Source: the human T2T-CHM13v2.0 reference genome, Homo sapiens. Taken from it: DNA of 64,000 nt. Below the pieces are notes generated by a model that worked only from the letters and a program-made list of their open reading frames with translations, did not search any database and was not told the DNA's origin. The position numbers and the translations under genes were made by a program. Of this stretch, positions 15,190 through 28,320 are shown piece by piece. Where the stretch lies: the NCBI RefSeq assembly GCF_009914755.1, contig NC_060927.1; one strand, written 5' to 3'. The number at the start of each line of letters is the position of its first letter. Within the stretch, counting starts at the first letter, position 1.

Positions 15190-15890
15190 GAATTTTTAGC
15201 CTCACTAGTAATCAACAATGCAACAAAGAGCTACTCTTTTTCACCTGTCAAATTAGCAGTGCTTTTTTTTCCGGAGAATACTCAATGCCAGCCAGGAGGC
15301 TGTGAGATGGGTTCCTTCAACACTACCATTAGTAAAATAAATGGGACATCCTTTCTGGAAAGCAATTCAACAATATGTATCAAAAACTGCTTAAATATTA
15401 AAACTTATTAACTCTGCAAATTCATCTAAAAGTTTAAAGGAAATAGTCAGGGATTTAGGCAAATATTTATACTGCTACCATTTATTACGCTGAAGGGAGT
15501 ACACCATGTGCCAAGCACTTAATACATAAATTATCTCCCACACCAACAAAGATGTCCACAAAAGCATTGTTTTTAATAGTAAAAAATCATAAACAAGCTA
15601 CATTTACAAAAATAGAGAATGCTAACACAACTTAGAATTAGTCCATAGAACATAATACTACACATTAGAAACTAGGTCTTTAAAGAATGTTAAATGCCAT
15701 GGGGAAAGTGCTTTTATATACAACATAATTCTAACTTATGAAAGATATATAACAAATATACATGCATTAAAATAAAGAGAAATAAATAAAAACACTAGTA
15801 GGTAGTATAGGACTTTTTCAATGCTTTCTACATTTTCCTATTTTTCTACGATTGACATACATCCCCTTTCATGATGAAAAAGTTATAAAA
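15190..15890 (+). mobile_element. L1ME ORF2-end/3'UTR fragment
   Basis: Degenerate L1 motifs cacctgtcaaattagca and ctttctggaaagcaatt. Confidence 0.55.
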
Positions 15891-16284
15891 ATGAAAACAC
15901 GCACACACAAATGTGACTTCCCCCTGGGTGTAAGGAACTCCTTTATCTCATTCTCCCTTCAGACAGCTGCCTCCTCATCCAGCCCTGGTGAATCCCTCAC
16001 TTTGTCTGAGTGTTTCATTTTCTCTTTGCGAAATGGGCACAATAATCCTGGCCTCTCTACCGCCTAAGACAGTTGTATGTCACAGTGACCTTCTGCTAAT
16101 AAAACTCCAGGTAAACACTAATTACCGTTGCTACTAACACACTAATGCTTTCTGGGAGTGGTGAGTCACACTAGGCTCTCATAAGGAAGGAATGGTCTCC
16201 GGGGACAGGATTTGACATGAAGACTCCTCTTGCCAGAAGACTTCTGCCTGTATAGATATCCAAGAGAGACTGGAAGGTAGAGTG

Positions 16285-16721
16285 GTGTCTCCATCAGCTA
16301 TTACTGAGCACCAAACAACCCAAAACCTCAGTAGCATACCCCTGAGCATTTGTTACTTGCTCACACATCACAGATCAGTGGGTATTTGGCTGATCTTGGC
16401 TTGGATCAGCAGGGTTGTGCCCCAGGCTGCAGTTTGGTCCAGATCTGTTCCACATGCTTGTCATCCTCCGAGGACCAGCAAGCTAGCTGGGGCATGCTCT
16501 TCTCATGGCAATGGCAGAGGTAGAAGAGGACACACACAGTCCCACAAGCACATTTCAACCCCTCTGTGCGTCACTTCTGCTAATATTCCATGGTCAAGCC
16601 CAAAGTCAAAGGGTGGGGAAGTATTCTTCCAAAGTTGTGAAAGGATCAGCAAAGTTCCATGGCAAAGGGTGTGGATGCAGCAAAATATGAAGAATTGCGG
16701 CCAAGAACTCAATGTATCACA
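16285..16721 (-). mobile_element. MaLR LTR (MLT1I/J-like)
   Basis: cagctattactg...caaaacctcagt; catgctcttctcatggcaatggcagagg; ends tcaatgtatcaca. Confidence 0.7.
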
Positions 16722-17829
16722 AGGAGGGTGGAGAAGGTAACATGAGCCACAAACCTGTTATCTGACTATCCAGACCAAAGGAAAGGAGGAAAAGAGATGG
16801 AGAAGGGATGGGCTATGACCTGTTGGAGGCAGCTGGGAAATTTCTTCTGTAGGTTCATTCACTCATGCAGCCAACAGACATGTATTGGGGTTTGGGCTTA
16901 GAGCTTGGTGGGGCTCTAAGTGATACAGGTGAGAATGAAGGCAGGACTCTATTCCCTCTAATTGTTTTCCTAAAAAACTATATTTCCAAACCTGTAGCCT
17001 ACAGCTATATTTAAATGCACTTTAGTTTTCAGCCTTCTTGTCTCTTGTGTTGCTATGGTTTTAAAAGGTTGAGTGTATTTTTATAATCTCAAGACCATAT
17101 CTCAAGCACTTCTTCCATATGTAAATATCTTTATGATCTGAGTTCTCTCTGAGAAGAAAAAAAGGATGTGTCCCCAGTCTGGACCACAAGGAGGCATCTG
17201 ACAGTGCTGTAGACTGGGATGGTGGGTTTGCTGAGTGCCTGGGTCCACTTACCAGGACAGCCCCTAAGGAAGGTGGCGGGTAGCAATCCTACAGATGTGC
17301 ACATGCAGGAGTAACTGAGGAGATGCCTCTGCAAAGACAGCAGAAAAAAACAAGAAAGGTTACAGAGACAGCATCAAGGGTCCGGAGCTGGGAGGCAGCT
17401 AGCCATGTGCATGCTGCAGGCTGTCGCTCTGGGTTAAGTGGGGTAAGACAAAGGCATGAGGAAGAGTTGCTTACCAGGAAGCAAGTAGAACCAGATGACA
17501 GATAAGTGGGTAGGGCAGAGCCCTACAGTGCCGAGCCCCCAACAGTGTTCCTTTTACATTTTGCTGTGCCAGGGCCCAGTTTTAACAGGGATGAATGAAC
17601 AGGGCCAGCCTAGGGCCGCGAAGGAGCTGAATGCAACCTGCAATCCTGAAATATGGAGGCTAACATAGACCAAGGGCCCTTTTGCCTCATAACAGCTGGA
17701 GAGTCTGTGTTAAGATTATTCTTTTTAAATGGAACCGGATGACCCAGAACAACTACAGAACAGGAATCTCTTTCTTCCTCCAAAAAGAAACAAGTATGTA
17801 AAACAACAACAAAAAAACAAAACTAGTGT

Positions 17830-18279
17830 GGAATTTTGCATTATACCCATCAAGAATCAAGGATTGAACCCCAGTCTAATCATGAGAAAAAGTCATCAGA
17901 CACATTCCCAGACACCTGACCATCACTCCTCAAAATCATCAAGGTCATCAAAAACAAGGAAAGTTGGAGAAACTGTCACGGCCAAGAGAAGCCCAAGGAC
18001 AAATTATGATTAAATGTAATGTTGAATCCTGGATCGGATCCTGGAACAGAAAAAAACAGAAAAAAAGAATTAGGTAAAAATTAAGGAAATCCAAATGAAC
18101 TATGGACTTTGGTTAATAATAGTTCATCAATAGTGCTTCATTAATTGTAACAAATGTGCCATACTAACATAAGATGTTTATAATAGCATAAACTAGGTAA
18201 GGAATATATTGGAACTCTCAATAGTGTCTTCTTAATTTTCTATAAATCTGTTCTAAAAAATAAAGTCTATTTTAAAAAA
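17830..18279 (+). mobile_element. L1MD 3' end
   Basis: ccagtctaatcatgagaaaa...tcctggatcggatcctggaacagaaaaa...aaataaagtctattttaaaaaa. Confidence 0.8.
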
Positions 18280-18289
18280 TCTAAGTCAA

Positions 18290-18510
18290 GGGTCAAGAGC
18301 ATAGATTTGGAAGCCAGGTTGCCTAGAGTCCAATCTCAGCTCCTCCTCATCAGTTGTATAACTGTGGGGACCAGTCACTCAACCGTTCTGTGCCTCCGTT
18401 TCCTCACAGTGCAATGGGAATAACCATACTAACTACTTCCGACTGTCATAGGGACTAAATGAGTTAAAACTTATGAAACTCTGGAAGAGTGCCTGGCGCC
18501 AAATAAATAC
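18290..18510 (+). mobile_element. MIR
   Basis: ggtcaagagcatagatttggaagccag...ctgtgcctccgtttcctca. Confidence 0.75.
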
Positions 18511-21500
18511 ATGTGTTTATTTCATATGTAAATGAAACTAAAGGTACAGGTTCACTTCAAATATTCTGTAAAACAGGAGGAAGTAAACATTAGCTGAGGT
18601 TTTTTTTTTTTCTTTCTCTCTCTCTCTTCTTTAAAAAAAAGGAGAATGCTTAGGGCTTGGTGTGGTCTCCACTGTGCTACAACTCCCCCAGCTCTGCCCT
18701 CCTCCCTTCAGCTTAGCCTGAGTTCCTCTCTTCCTGTGCTTTCTACGCTTTCTTCTTAAGGATTCTCATTCTCTGCTAGGGTCAGAGGAGATGACGCAGC
18801 CTGGAATCCTCTTGCCAGAGACCATATTAGCACAAGTAGATCTACTGCCTTCTCCCCGAGAGCATCTTTCCAAATCTAGGATCCAGCAATAACCCCCAGA
18901 TACCTCCAATCCCACCATCTTCCTCCAGATGCCTAACCCCAGGCCTCAGACCATTCATCTGCCTCTCCTGCCTGCACTGACACCCTTTCAGCTGGAAGCA
19001 CCTTGGTAAGGAAGGGAACGTTACCACCCAACAGGATGCTTGGGAAATGCACATGTTCCTCATTGCTCAGGAAGAGGTTCTCCCTAAAGAACAATCCTGA
19101 AACTTGCCCAAGTGGCCGAAAGCTTGACATGGGTCATCTCCCTGTGAACATCTGGAAAAGAGCCTCCATGCAGAATCTGACTAAGGCATCTGCGGTTTCC
19201 TTCAGGCAAGACCTTGAATTCCTGGAGCATTTCCTTTTGCTACTCCTACCGCACCCCCTTTCTGGGGTTGCTGGGTAAAATAAAAGCCAAACACTGCAAC
19301 ATGTGTCAGCAACTGAAAACCTAAAGCTACAGGATAAAGCTGAGTCTACCAACACTATTCCTCGCTGGCCGCCCCCCTTCTTCTAAAGAAGCATATTGTC
19401 AAAAATTCTAAAACACTAGTGAAGGAGGTCATTCTTATGACCCTCATTTTACAGGTGGGGAAACCAAGTCCTTCTTGGTTTCAAGACAAAAAAGAAAAGA
19501 GATTTCAGGTGTGTTTCTTATTTGGAGAATGGGGTTGCACTTCCTCATCCATGCTCTATCTGGGGTTATTGTGTTTGCTTTGTTTTTCTTTACTTTTCAT
19601 CAGGCCAGTACTTGGCAATGACCTACATAGACCACATGCTTAATAATAATTCAAGCTTTATTAGCACCCAACCTTCAAGGGCCTCTGGGGATTTGGCAAA
19701 GAGCAATATTTATGAAATAATCTCCTTGTTGCAAACCAACATTCATGCCTCTGGGGTGGCCTTTGAAGAGAAGAAACTGCAGGCTGAGAATGTTTGACAT
19801 GGCAGTCACATGTCTGGCTTTTTTTTCTTTTTCATTTTTGATATGGAAATGTCTGAGACTACAGCACATTTTCACAGGTTGATATTTAAGATTTATATCA
19901 ACTAGTATGGCTCAGGTATCAACCAATTAAAAGAATGTTGGTCAGGGTACCCAATCAAAGCCCCACTGGCATCCTCCCACCCCCAGTTGGCCAGGCATTG
20001 CCCCTTAAGTTGCAGGATTAAGGGAAGGTCCAGAGAGTTCTGAGGAAGGGTCTAGGTGGTCATGGTGGTGGGAAGATGGCTATACCAAGTGATATGGAAA
20101 TAATTCAGTATCTACCTAGCTATCAACCTCAAATTCATACATATTCTCAATTCCTACAAAGTACAGATCCACAGCACATGGCTGAACACAGACTTGTCCC
20201 TAGGTGTACATGATGGTTAACTGTGGCAGGTGTGTTTGGATTCAGGAGACTTGAAGATGTCGTTTTGCTACATCTCACCTCCCTTCTGGGCCGCTGGAAC
20301 TGGAAATGAAACTACAGGTGGGTCAGGTGAGTGGATAATTGAAATGAACAGATGTAGGAAGAACAAGAGAGTAGGTGCAAGTCACAAATGACAGCCTGAA
20401 ATGGTCCAAGCTGGGGAAGCCCAAGAGGGTCTACAAGCCCAAAGAATGAGTGAGGAATCAGACCTAAGAGATAGGGCAAAAAAAACAGGGCAGTTGCTGG
20501 CAAGATCCTAAGACAAGAGAGTTGAGAAGACCAGAGCACAGTGAAACAAGTGGGTCTAAAGCCACTGCTTCAAAAGCCCTACCATAGCATTGCCATGGGA
20601 AGTTTGGTTATGATTGAAAGTTATAGGGCTGGAGTAGAGTAGGGCTGGAGCTCCTCAATGCCTGTTCAGCTCTTAGAACCTCCTTGTGAAAAGATTTCCC
20701 CAAGTGTTTGCAGTTCACACAGCAAGTTCTTTCTAGAAAAAGTGTCCCAGATGCCAACACTGATGCTTCAGAAGGACCTTCATCATTTGAAGGGCTGCTC
20801 CTTACTGGGAACAAGCATGATTTGGGTGAGTGGCCTTTTCAATCACGGAGTCCCAATTCTCTAGGACTTTGGCTATCTCACGGCAGAGTAGCTTATAAAT
20901 TTTTGCCAACGCAGTAATTTTAACAGTCATTTTCAAAGCAGGCTTCAAAGCACTGGTGGGATACAAGAATTCTCCTGATGAGTGCAAACTGCTTTCCAAA
21001 GAGGTAAATTCCCTCTGCTCCTCTGAGTGAATGCCACACAGTCCTCCAACTGTCGCTTTTATGGAGAGTTCATTGCTTCTTACTAGTAACCTATTAAGAG
21101 AATCAGTAAGGATGGGTGAATTTGGAATTTGTGAACCAAAAGCACTGTGTGACCTGAATACTTTAATTCAGGCTTCTACTCCAAATTCTGTCATCCGTGC
21201 AGCAAGCGGCAACCAACAAAATTTCTGCTGTGCATCCATACCTGTAGATGTCTGGAAGTCCCACACTTAGAAGGAAGCAAAGTTTGTTCTCTCACTCATC
21301 AGTGGCTACTGCTGTGCTATCCACATAGCTGATTGCAGATAATCTGCTCTCCCTTGCAATGTTTAGGTTTCTACATTTACCACATCAGTATTAGGGTCTT
21401 CTAATTTTCTAATTAGATTGAAAGATATGCATCCATTGTGGTTCAAATAGGAATCACCAATACTCTTCATGCAAAAGCAAATGTTACACAATACCACTCC

Positions 21501-22369
21501 CTCCCAAAAGAGCCCTGCTCACACAGCAACATTTTGTTATTATACACAAGTCTCATGGTTTTTCCATAAGAATGTGTAAAAGGGTAGACTAGATGAACAT
21601 TGAGTCTTTTGCTCCACTTAAGTGGGTGAAAGTAAAAAATATTTAAGGATTATTTTTCTTCTCAAGGAAAAATTTTTAGATGTAATTTTTTATTTTTTGA
21701 ATAGCTTACATATTCTTACAATTCAAAAGTCAAAATAATATCAAAAGGAATCATTGAGAAGTTTTTCTCCACTGCTACCCTAGTCTATCAGGATCCTCGC
21801 CTCCATCCCCTGGAGGTCACCACTTTATTAGTTTCCCGTATATCCTTCCAGTGTTTCTTTATGCAAATAGAGATGTATTTCACTAATGCATAGAGCTCCC
21901 CTGCCCCCACATTAGCAGGTAAAGCTGAAAAAGGTAGATAAAAGCATAAGTGACCTCAGAAGACTGAAATTGCATCTGAAGTCTATCTCCCTATGATCCT
22001 CAGCAGCACAGGTATTTTTTTTTCTACACCTGATTCTTGGGAAAATGATGGAATAAAAAGAGTCTTTTTCCATCTCCCTAGCTCTGCTTTTATACTCTTC
22101 TGCCCCCTCCCATGTCAACACCCCATAAAGATCTCTGACAAAGTTTCGCTTTCTGTTCTACAATCCACCCCTACCTCCAATAAACACACCTGTTAAGGGT
22201 CCCATCACATCAGTGCCTGTGGGGATGGGCAAATGGATTCTAATGTATATGGTATTCAAGGAGGAGGTGGCTGGCTCATTCAAATCAAGGTGTCTTCCCA
22301 CTGTAAATAGTCTTTCAAAATGGATCTCATGGGGAAACTTCATACTGGAGGATATCCCAAACATGCAAT

Positions 22370-22650
22370 GTTCAACATATGTATGGAGTGCTTATGTGCC
22401 AGGTGCTATGGCCAAGTGCCAGGTGGAAGGGTGAATGGGACACAGATCCCACACTCGCAGACCTCACAGCCTCATGAGGAGAGTTACAACACGTTGTAAT
22501 AAGAGTCATGAGGAAGCACAGAAGAAGGGCCCCTAACCGGGGTGGAGAGCTTGGAGAAGGCTTTGCAGGGGATGCCTCATTAAAGCTGAGGCCAGAGAGG
22601 TCAGCAGGATTCAGCCAGTCCGTGAGTGGGGCTCTGAGGCAGATTATGCA
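22370..22650 (-). mobile_element. L2 3' end
   Basis: ttcaacatatgtatggagtgcttatgtgccaggtgct. Confidence 0.65.
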
Positions 22651-23029
22651 CAAAGACCTTGGGTTGAGCAAGCTGTGGCTCATTCCTTTTCTCTTACAAC
22701 TTTCTCTTCGACTGGCAGAGGACCTTCTGGAGATAATTCAGGTAATCAACAGAGTGACTTTAATAAAGGGATAACAGCAGCAGGAGTTGGAGCTTCTTGG
22801 GAGTGGGTGGAGGTGTGGAATCCCTCATATCACAACACATGGATGTGGGCCTCGCTCTGTGTATGGTCAGGTTGGGGGTGCTACCAGGCAAGACTCAGAA
22901 AATTAGAGGCCTTCTCTCCTCAGGCCCCCCACATTTATTCTAGATACCATGCATGGCTTGGAAACCTCGGGAAAGCTCATGGCAATGGGAACTTCAGGGG
23001 GAAGGCCTTGAAATGTTAGTGAGTCAGGA

Positions 23030-23460
23030 AGTAAATCAATCAGATTCCCAATAGAAAACAGATGGCACGCTCAACATAGGATGACCTGGGGAGGGAATAG
23101 TTACAAAAGTGCAGGTGGGTAGGGGCACAACAAATAGTGCAGTTGCTAGGCACTTACCGTCCTTACATCTAAAGGAGGGAGGTAAGGGACAGTAAGCAGA
23201 GCGCGACAGGAGACTGCGTCTCATTAGGCTCCTGAGTCTCGAGAGGAGCAGTGATCTGCAACAAGGTGACCTTGCAGGGAGGGAGGCAGAGGAACAATTT
23301 CACTGACTTTACTCTCATTCCTTCTGCCAGGCCTTCCAAGTAGCCAAACCCAGTCATACAAGAGGGCACAGGGCCTGCTGATGAGGCTGCAGGCACAGAG
23401 CAGCACAGGGCATGGATCTGGAGGGCACGGGAGGCAAAAATACAGAAGGCAGCCCACCAA
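23030..23460 (-). mobile_element. ERVL LTR (LTR33/LTR41-like)
   Basis: cagattcccaatagaaaacagatggcacgctcaa resembles the reverse-complemented LTR 3' end. Confidence 0.45.
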
Positions 23461-26025
23461 GTCCTCACTGTAACTCAGGGTGGTGGGAGACCAGACAAGC
23501 TTTCTTTTCTTCTTTATGCTTTTCTTCATTTTTCTAATCTTCTCAATCTTCTAATCTTCTCACACATATAACTCCTAGAATTGGAGAAAATATTGTTTAT
23601 AAATTAAAAAGGAAAACAAACAAACAACAACAATAACATCAACAAAGAATATGCATCAAGGAGGTACCCCAGGGCAGTACAAAAGCCTTCAATAACAAGA
23701 GTGGGAAAAGGAGGCCTCAAAAAATTTTGTTCCACTCTGAATAACCAGCCAACCTTTTTCCACAGGACACTGACAACAACAAAGGCAAATGCAACTGGCA
23801 ATCTCAACTAAGTTCTTGGGAAGAAGAATCATTGGGGCATAAGGAAAGTGGTGCCCAAGCCCCTCTTGTTTCTCTGAAGTGAATCTTGTGGGGAAGGAGG
23901 TAATCAGAGGGAAAGACACTCAGCATTCCAGGGGCATCTGTTCAAGTCCCAGCTCAGCCACTTCATCAAGGTGAAACCTCAAGCACATCACTTGCAGACT
24001 CTTGAAATCACTGTGAGGGTCCATGGTCCTGTAAACAATTAGACACTCTACAAGTCTTCCTTGTGAGTGTCAGAAGGGAGTGCACAAAAGATCAAAACCA
24101 CCACAAAAGGCACTGAAAAACACCGCAACAGGCCTCCTCTGTTGCAGCCCGTAGCACCTGGAAAGCCTGTAGCACCGCCACTCCTTGAAGCAAAAGAAAA
24201 CAGTCTTGGGTTAAACTGAGCAAAACACACATGGAGGGCCAGAGGCAGGTGTGATCAATTTCTCTATTTCCCATTTGATGGCTTCCGTCTCTAGAGTTCT
24301 CCTTTTTTTCTGCCTTTTCCATGCCTCAGCTCCCTGAGTTCCCTGTGCGTGGGACATGGCCAGGAATCTCTCATGGGGGTCTCTTCTTACTTAGAGGGTG
24401 GAGGTACACTCTCAGGTTTAGGAATTCCAGTGATTTTGAAGGTGCGTTTACTTAATGAGTTGTAGCTGGGTCTAGGGAGGCTAGAATTCCAGGGCTAGAA
24501 GTGACCTTCACACATTCAAGCATCCATTTATCCCACATGTTTGGGCATCCACTATGTTCTAGGTATTGTGTTAAGAACAAGCGACACCGAAGGAAGTAAA
24601 AGCAGACATCATAGAGAACATAGAGTCTGTCAGGAGACAGGCATTAACCAAATAATCATGCAATAGGGGACTAGTTGAATAAATTGTAGTAGGTCTACAT
24701 ATTGAAGTAAGGTTAAATAGAAACTCTGTGATTTGAAATTTGAATTGGAAATAGAGTATGAAATTACAATATTTCCCTCTAAAAAATATTTATTTGTAGT
24801 GCTATCCACTGAAAAAGTCTGATGATGACAAGCACCCCTAGTGCCCAGATTGTGGTCTCTAAATACCATTTCTCAATATAAGAGGCAGAGCTCCTTGGAG
24901 AGATGACTGACTCCAAGGGTGAGTAGGAAATGTACAAGATGAGCCTGGTACATCTTGTGCCAGAAAAAAAAAAAAAAACTATAAAAAACTATGAAGACTA
25001 TGTAAAAGATACCCAGAGGTCAACCTGAAAGGTTTCCATTCCAGAAGGCTGGAAATTCTTAGCAACAACAACAAAAAAAAATAGAACAGTAGATTAAAAC
25101 AGCAATATAAAAATCCATGAGCTCGAAATAATACTTTAAAAAAAGAAAAGAAAGGAGAAGATCATGGTTCTCCACTAGAGGTTGCTAGGGCTTCAGCTCA
25201 TTACTTCAAAAATTGGTAAATAGGAAAAAACATTTATTTTAACTTTCTAGTCTGTATAACTGTATTTCTGGATAATTGAATTGTTTCTGGAGAAATTTCT
25301 TTGTAGAAAAATTTCCACTATTAAATGCAGGAGGAATTATATAATTCCATCTGTGACTTTAGTGGAATAATTAATTTAGGAAACAATCATTAGTGGATGC
25401 TGAAAACCTTAGGGGAAATGTTGATGGGGAATTTCATAACAGAGCAGTGAGGCTGACACCATCTAAACCCACTGATCTATCACTATTAGTGAGATAACCA
25501 TGCTTTATGTGTCTACCCAGGTGAGGCAACATGAAATATATAACACTAACGATGACACATTCTTGCCTTTGAAAAATTAATCCTGAATTTTAAAAAACCT
25601 CTAGATCTCTTACCAGTGTACAGGAAATATAGGGTACCGAAGAACAAATTAAGCAACACTGCAAAAAAGCAATCAGCCCAATCTAGATTGTGGGACATTC
25701 TACAAGATAAATGACCAAGTTTCATCAACAAATCAATAACATGAAAAAGAAACAAAAAGGAATGAGAACTGTTTTGGTTTTTAATAAAAATTGTGTACAT
25801 TTAAAGTGTGCAATGTGATGTTTTGATATATATATATAATAAAATGATTACTACAGTCAAGCTAATTAACATATCCATCACTCTACATAGTTGTGTGTGT
25901 GTGTGTAGAACACTCAATGTTCTACTCTCTTAGCAATATACAATACAGTATTATTAACTACAGCTACCCTGCTGTACATCCTACTTTCATCTCCCCATTT
26001 CCTTTGCTGCACTCCCTATCCGTGG

Positions 26026-26349
26026 TGTTAAAAGGTAAACTTAGGCGCATTAAAATTTTAAAGAGTTTATTTGAGCAGACAGAAATTCATTAATCAGGCA
26101 GCTCCAGACCACAGGTGGTTTGGGGACTCCCCTGCAGGAGCACAAAAGGAAGACGTTTATAGGATGAGCACGAAAGTAAGGCAAAGAAAATACTTGATTG
26201 GTTAAAGTGGAGCAGTAGCCTTATTTCAGTGGAAAATCCCTAATTAGAGATTTGTTGGCAGTTTCTGTTTGGTTAAGATTAGGTAAGACCCAAGGCCTTA
26301 CCTCCTTAGCCTAATGACCTCCCAACTAACTATTTTAACTATTTTAACA
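26026..26349 (-). mobile_element. MER93-like ERV1 solo LTR
   Basis: TGTTAAAA...TTTTAACA termini; tttatt polyA signal (minus); 4-bp TSD gtgg/ctgg; ttagcctaatgacctcccaac. Confidence 0.7.
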
Positions 26350-26967
26350 CTGGTAACCACCATTCTTCTTTGGTTCTATGAATTTGACTTTTTAAATTCC
26401 ACAATAAAGTGAGATCATGCAATATTTTTGTGTGTGTCTGGCTTATTTCACTTAAGATAACATCCTCTGGGTTTATCCATGTTGGGACAAATGGCAGGAT
26501 TTTCTTCTTTTATGGCTGAATAGTATTCCATTGTGTATATTTACCACATTTTCTTAATGCATTCATCTGTTAACAAACACTTAAGTTGATCCCATATCTT
26601 GGTTATTATGAATAATACTTTCATGAACATGGAAGTCCAGATATGTCTTCAACATGCTAAATTTATTTCCTTTGGATATGTACACTGAAGTGAGATTGCT
26701 AAATCATATGGTAGTTCCATTTTTAATTTTTTGAGAAAACTCCCACTGTTTCTTCATAATGAGTGTATCAATTTTTATTCCCACTAACAGTGTCCAAGGT
26801 CCCCTTTTCTCTACATCCTCACCAGCACTTATCTTTTGTCTTTTTGATAATAATCATCCTAACAGGTGTGAGACGATCTCTCACTGTGGTTTTAATTTGC
26901 ATTTCCCTGATGATGTGTGATGTTGGGCACATTTCATGTACCTGCTAACCACTTGTGTGTCCTTTTT

Positions 26968-27259
26968 TTTTTTTTTTTTGAGACGGAGTCTCGCTGTCGC
27001 CCAGGCTGGAGTGCAGTGGCGCAATCTCGGCTCACTGCAGGCTCCGCCCCCTGGGGTTCACGCCATTCTCCTGCCTCAGCCTCCCGAGTAGCTGGGACTA
27101 CAGGCGCCCGCCACCTCGCCCAGCTAATTTTTTGTATTTTTAGTAGAGACGGGGTTTCACCGTGTTAGCCAGGATGGTCTCGATCTCCTGACCTCGTGAT
27201 CCGCCCGCCTCGGCCTCCCAAAGTGCTGGGATTACAGGCGTGAGCCACCGCGCCCGGCC
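26968..27259 (-). mobile_element. AluY, AluYe5-like
   Basis: CpGs almost all intact; diagnostics gtctcgctgtcgccc (2-bp deletion), gcaggctccgcccc, gccacctcgcc; perfect 15-bp TSD ttgtgtgtccttttt. Confidence 0.93.
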
Positions 27260-28075
27260 TTGTGTGTCCTTTTTGGGAAAATGTCTATTCAGGTCCTTTG
27301 CCCATTTTTTAATCAGGTTGTTTTTGTTTGCTATAGAGTTGTATGAGTCCCTTATATATTTTGGATATTAATCCCTGATGAGATATATGTTTCACAAATA
27401 TTTTCTCTGAATCCCACAGGTTGTCTTTTCATTTTGTTGATTGTTTCCTTTGCTGTGCAGAAGCTTTTCAGTTTGATGTAGTCAGAATTGGGAACTATTA
27501 GAGAAAAGAGACTTAAACATACGACAATTGAATGAAATGAATGAGCCTTGTTTGGATTCTGACTTTAAAAAAAATCCTAAAGAGATATCTTTGAGAGAAC
27601 TAATCTAATATTAAGGAATAATTGTTAACTTTGTTAGGGTGGATAATGGCATGGTGGTTACATTTCTAAAAAGTCCTTATAAATCTCAGATACGCATAAG
27701 GGATGGAATGGCAGGATGTTTGGGATTCAAAGGCAAGGAGTAATGGGAGGCAGTATTATCACTGTTGAGTGGGGTGATGAGTGTCTGAGGTTTCATTATA
27801 CTCTTCTGTCTATATCATGTACATCTGAAAGTTTTCATAAAAAATTTCAAAATATCAACAAATATATGACTATAAATTGTGTGAGGTGCTGAATCAGACA
27901 CCTCTGTTGTGTGACTTCAGCATCTGTCAGGCTTACCTATGCTTGCATCCATAGCTGGGGTGGATAGTTCCATGAAGGTTTTGATCATCCTCATTCCAGA
28001 GTGAGTCACATGTCGCTGATTTGTGGCATTGGATGCTAACTAGGGACTGCCCAGGACCTTGCCACCACCACATAT

Positions 28076-28320
28076 GCTTCTACACAGCAAAGGACACAAT
28101 CGACACAATGAAAAGGCAAGCTATGGATTCAGAGAAAATATTTGCAAACCATATATACTGTATGTTTGATAAGGGGTTAATACCCAAAATATATAAGGAA
28201 CTCATGCAACTCAATAACAACAAAACACAAATAATCTGATTTTAAAATGTGCAAAAGACCTGAACAGACATTTTTCCAAAAAGGACATACAAATGGTCAG
28301 CAGGTATATGAAAAGGTGCA
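28076..28320 (+). mobile_element. L1MA ORF2-end fragment, inverted relative to the neighbouring L1MA9
   Basis: gcttctacacagcaaagg...gacctgaacagacatttttcc. Confidence 0.8.

Larger units (their letters stand above)
25775..27484 (-). mobile_element. L1MA9-like 5'-truncated L1 carrying MER93 and AluY insertions
   Basis: 3' end gtcaagctaattaacatatccatca; ORF2-end text tttgctgtgcagaagcttttcagtttgatgtagtc. Confidence 0.85.
24680..27845 (+). mobile_element. L1MC 3'UTR, split by an L1MA9-like insertion (pieces 24680-25770 and 27490-27845); flanked by L2 pieces
   Basis: gcacccctagtgcccagattgtggtctctaaataccatt; gattgtgggacattctacaagataaatgacc; resumes aaaagagactta after the L1MA. Confidence 0.75.
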
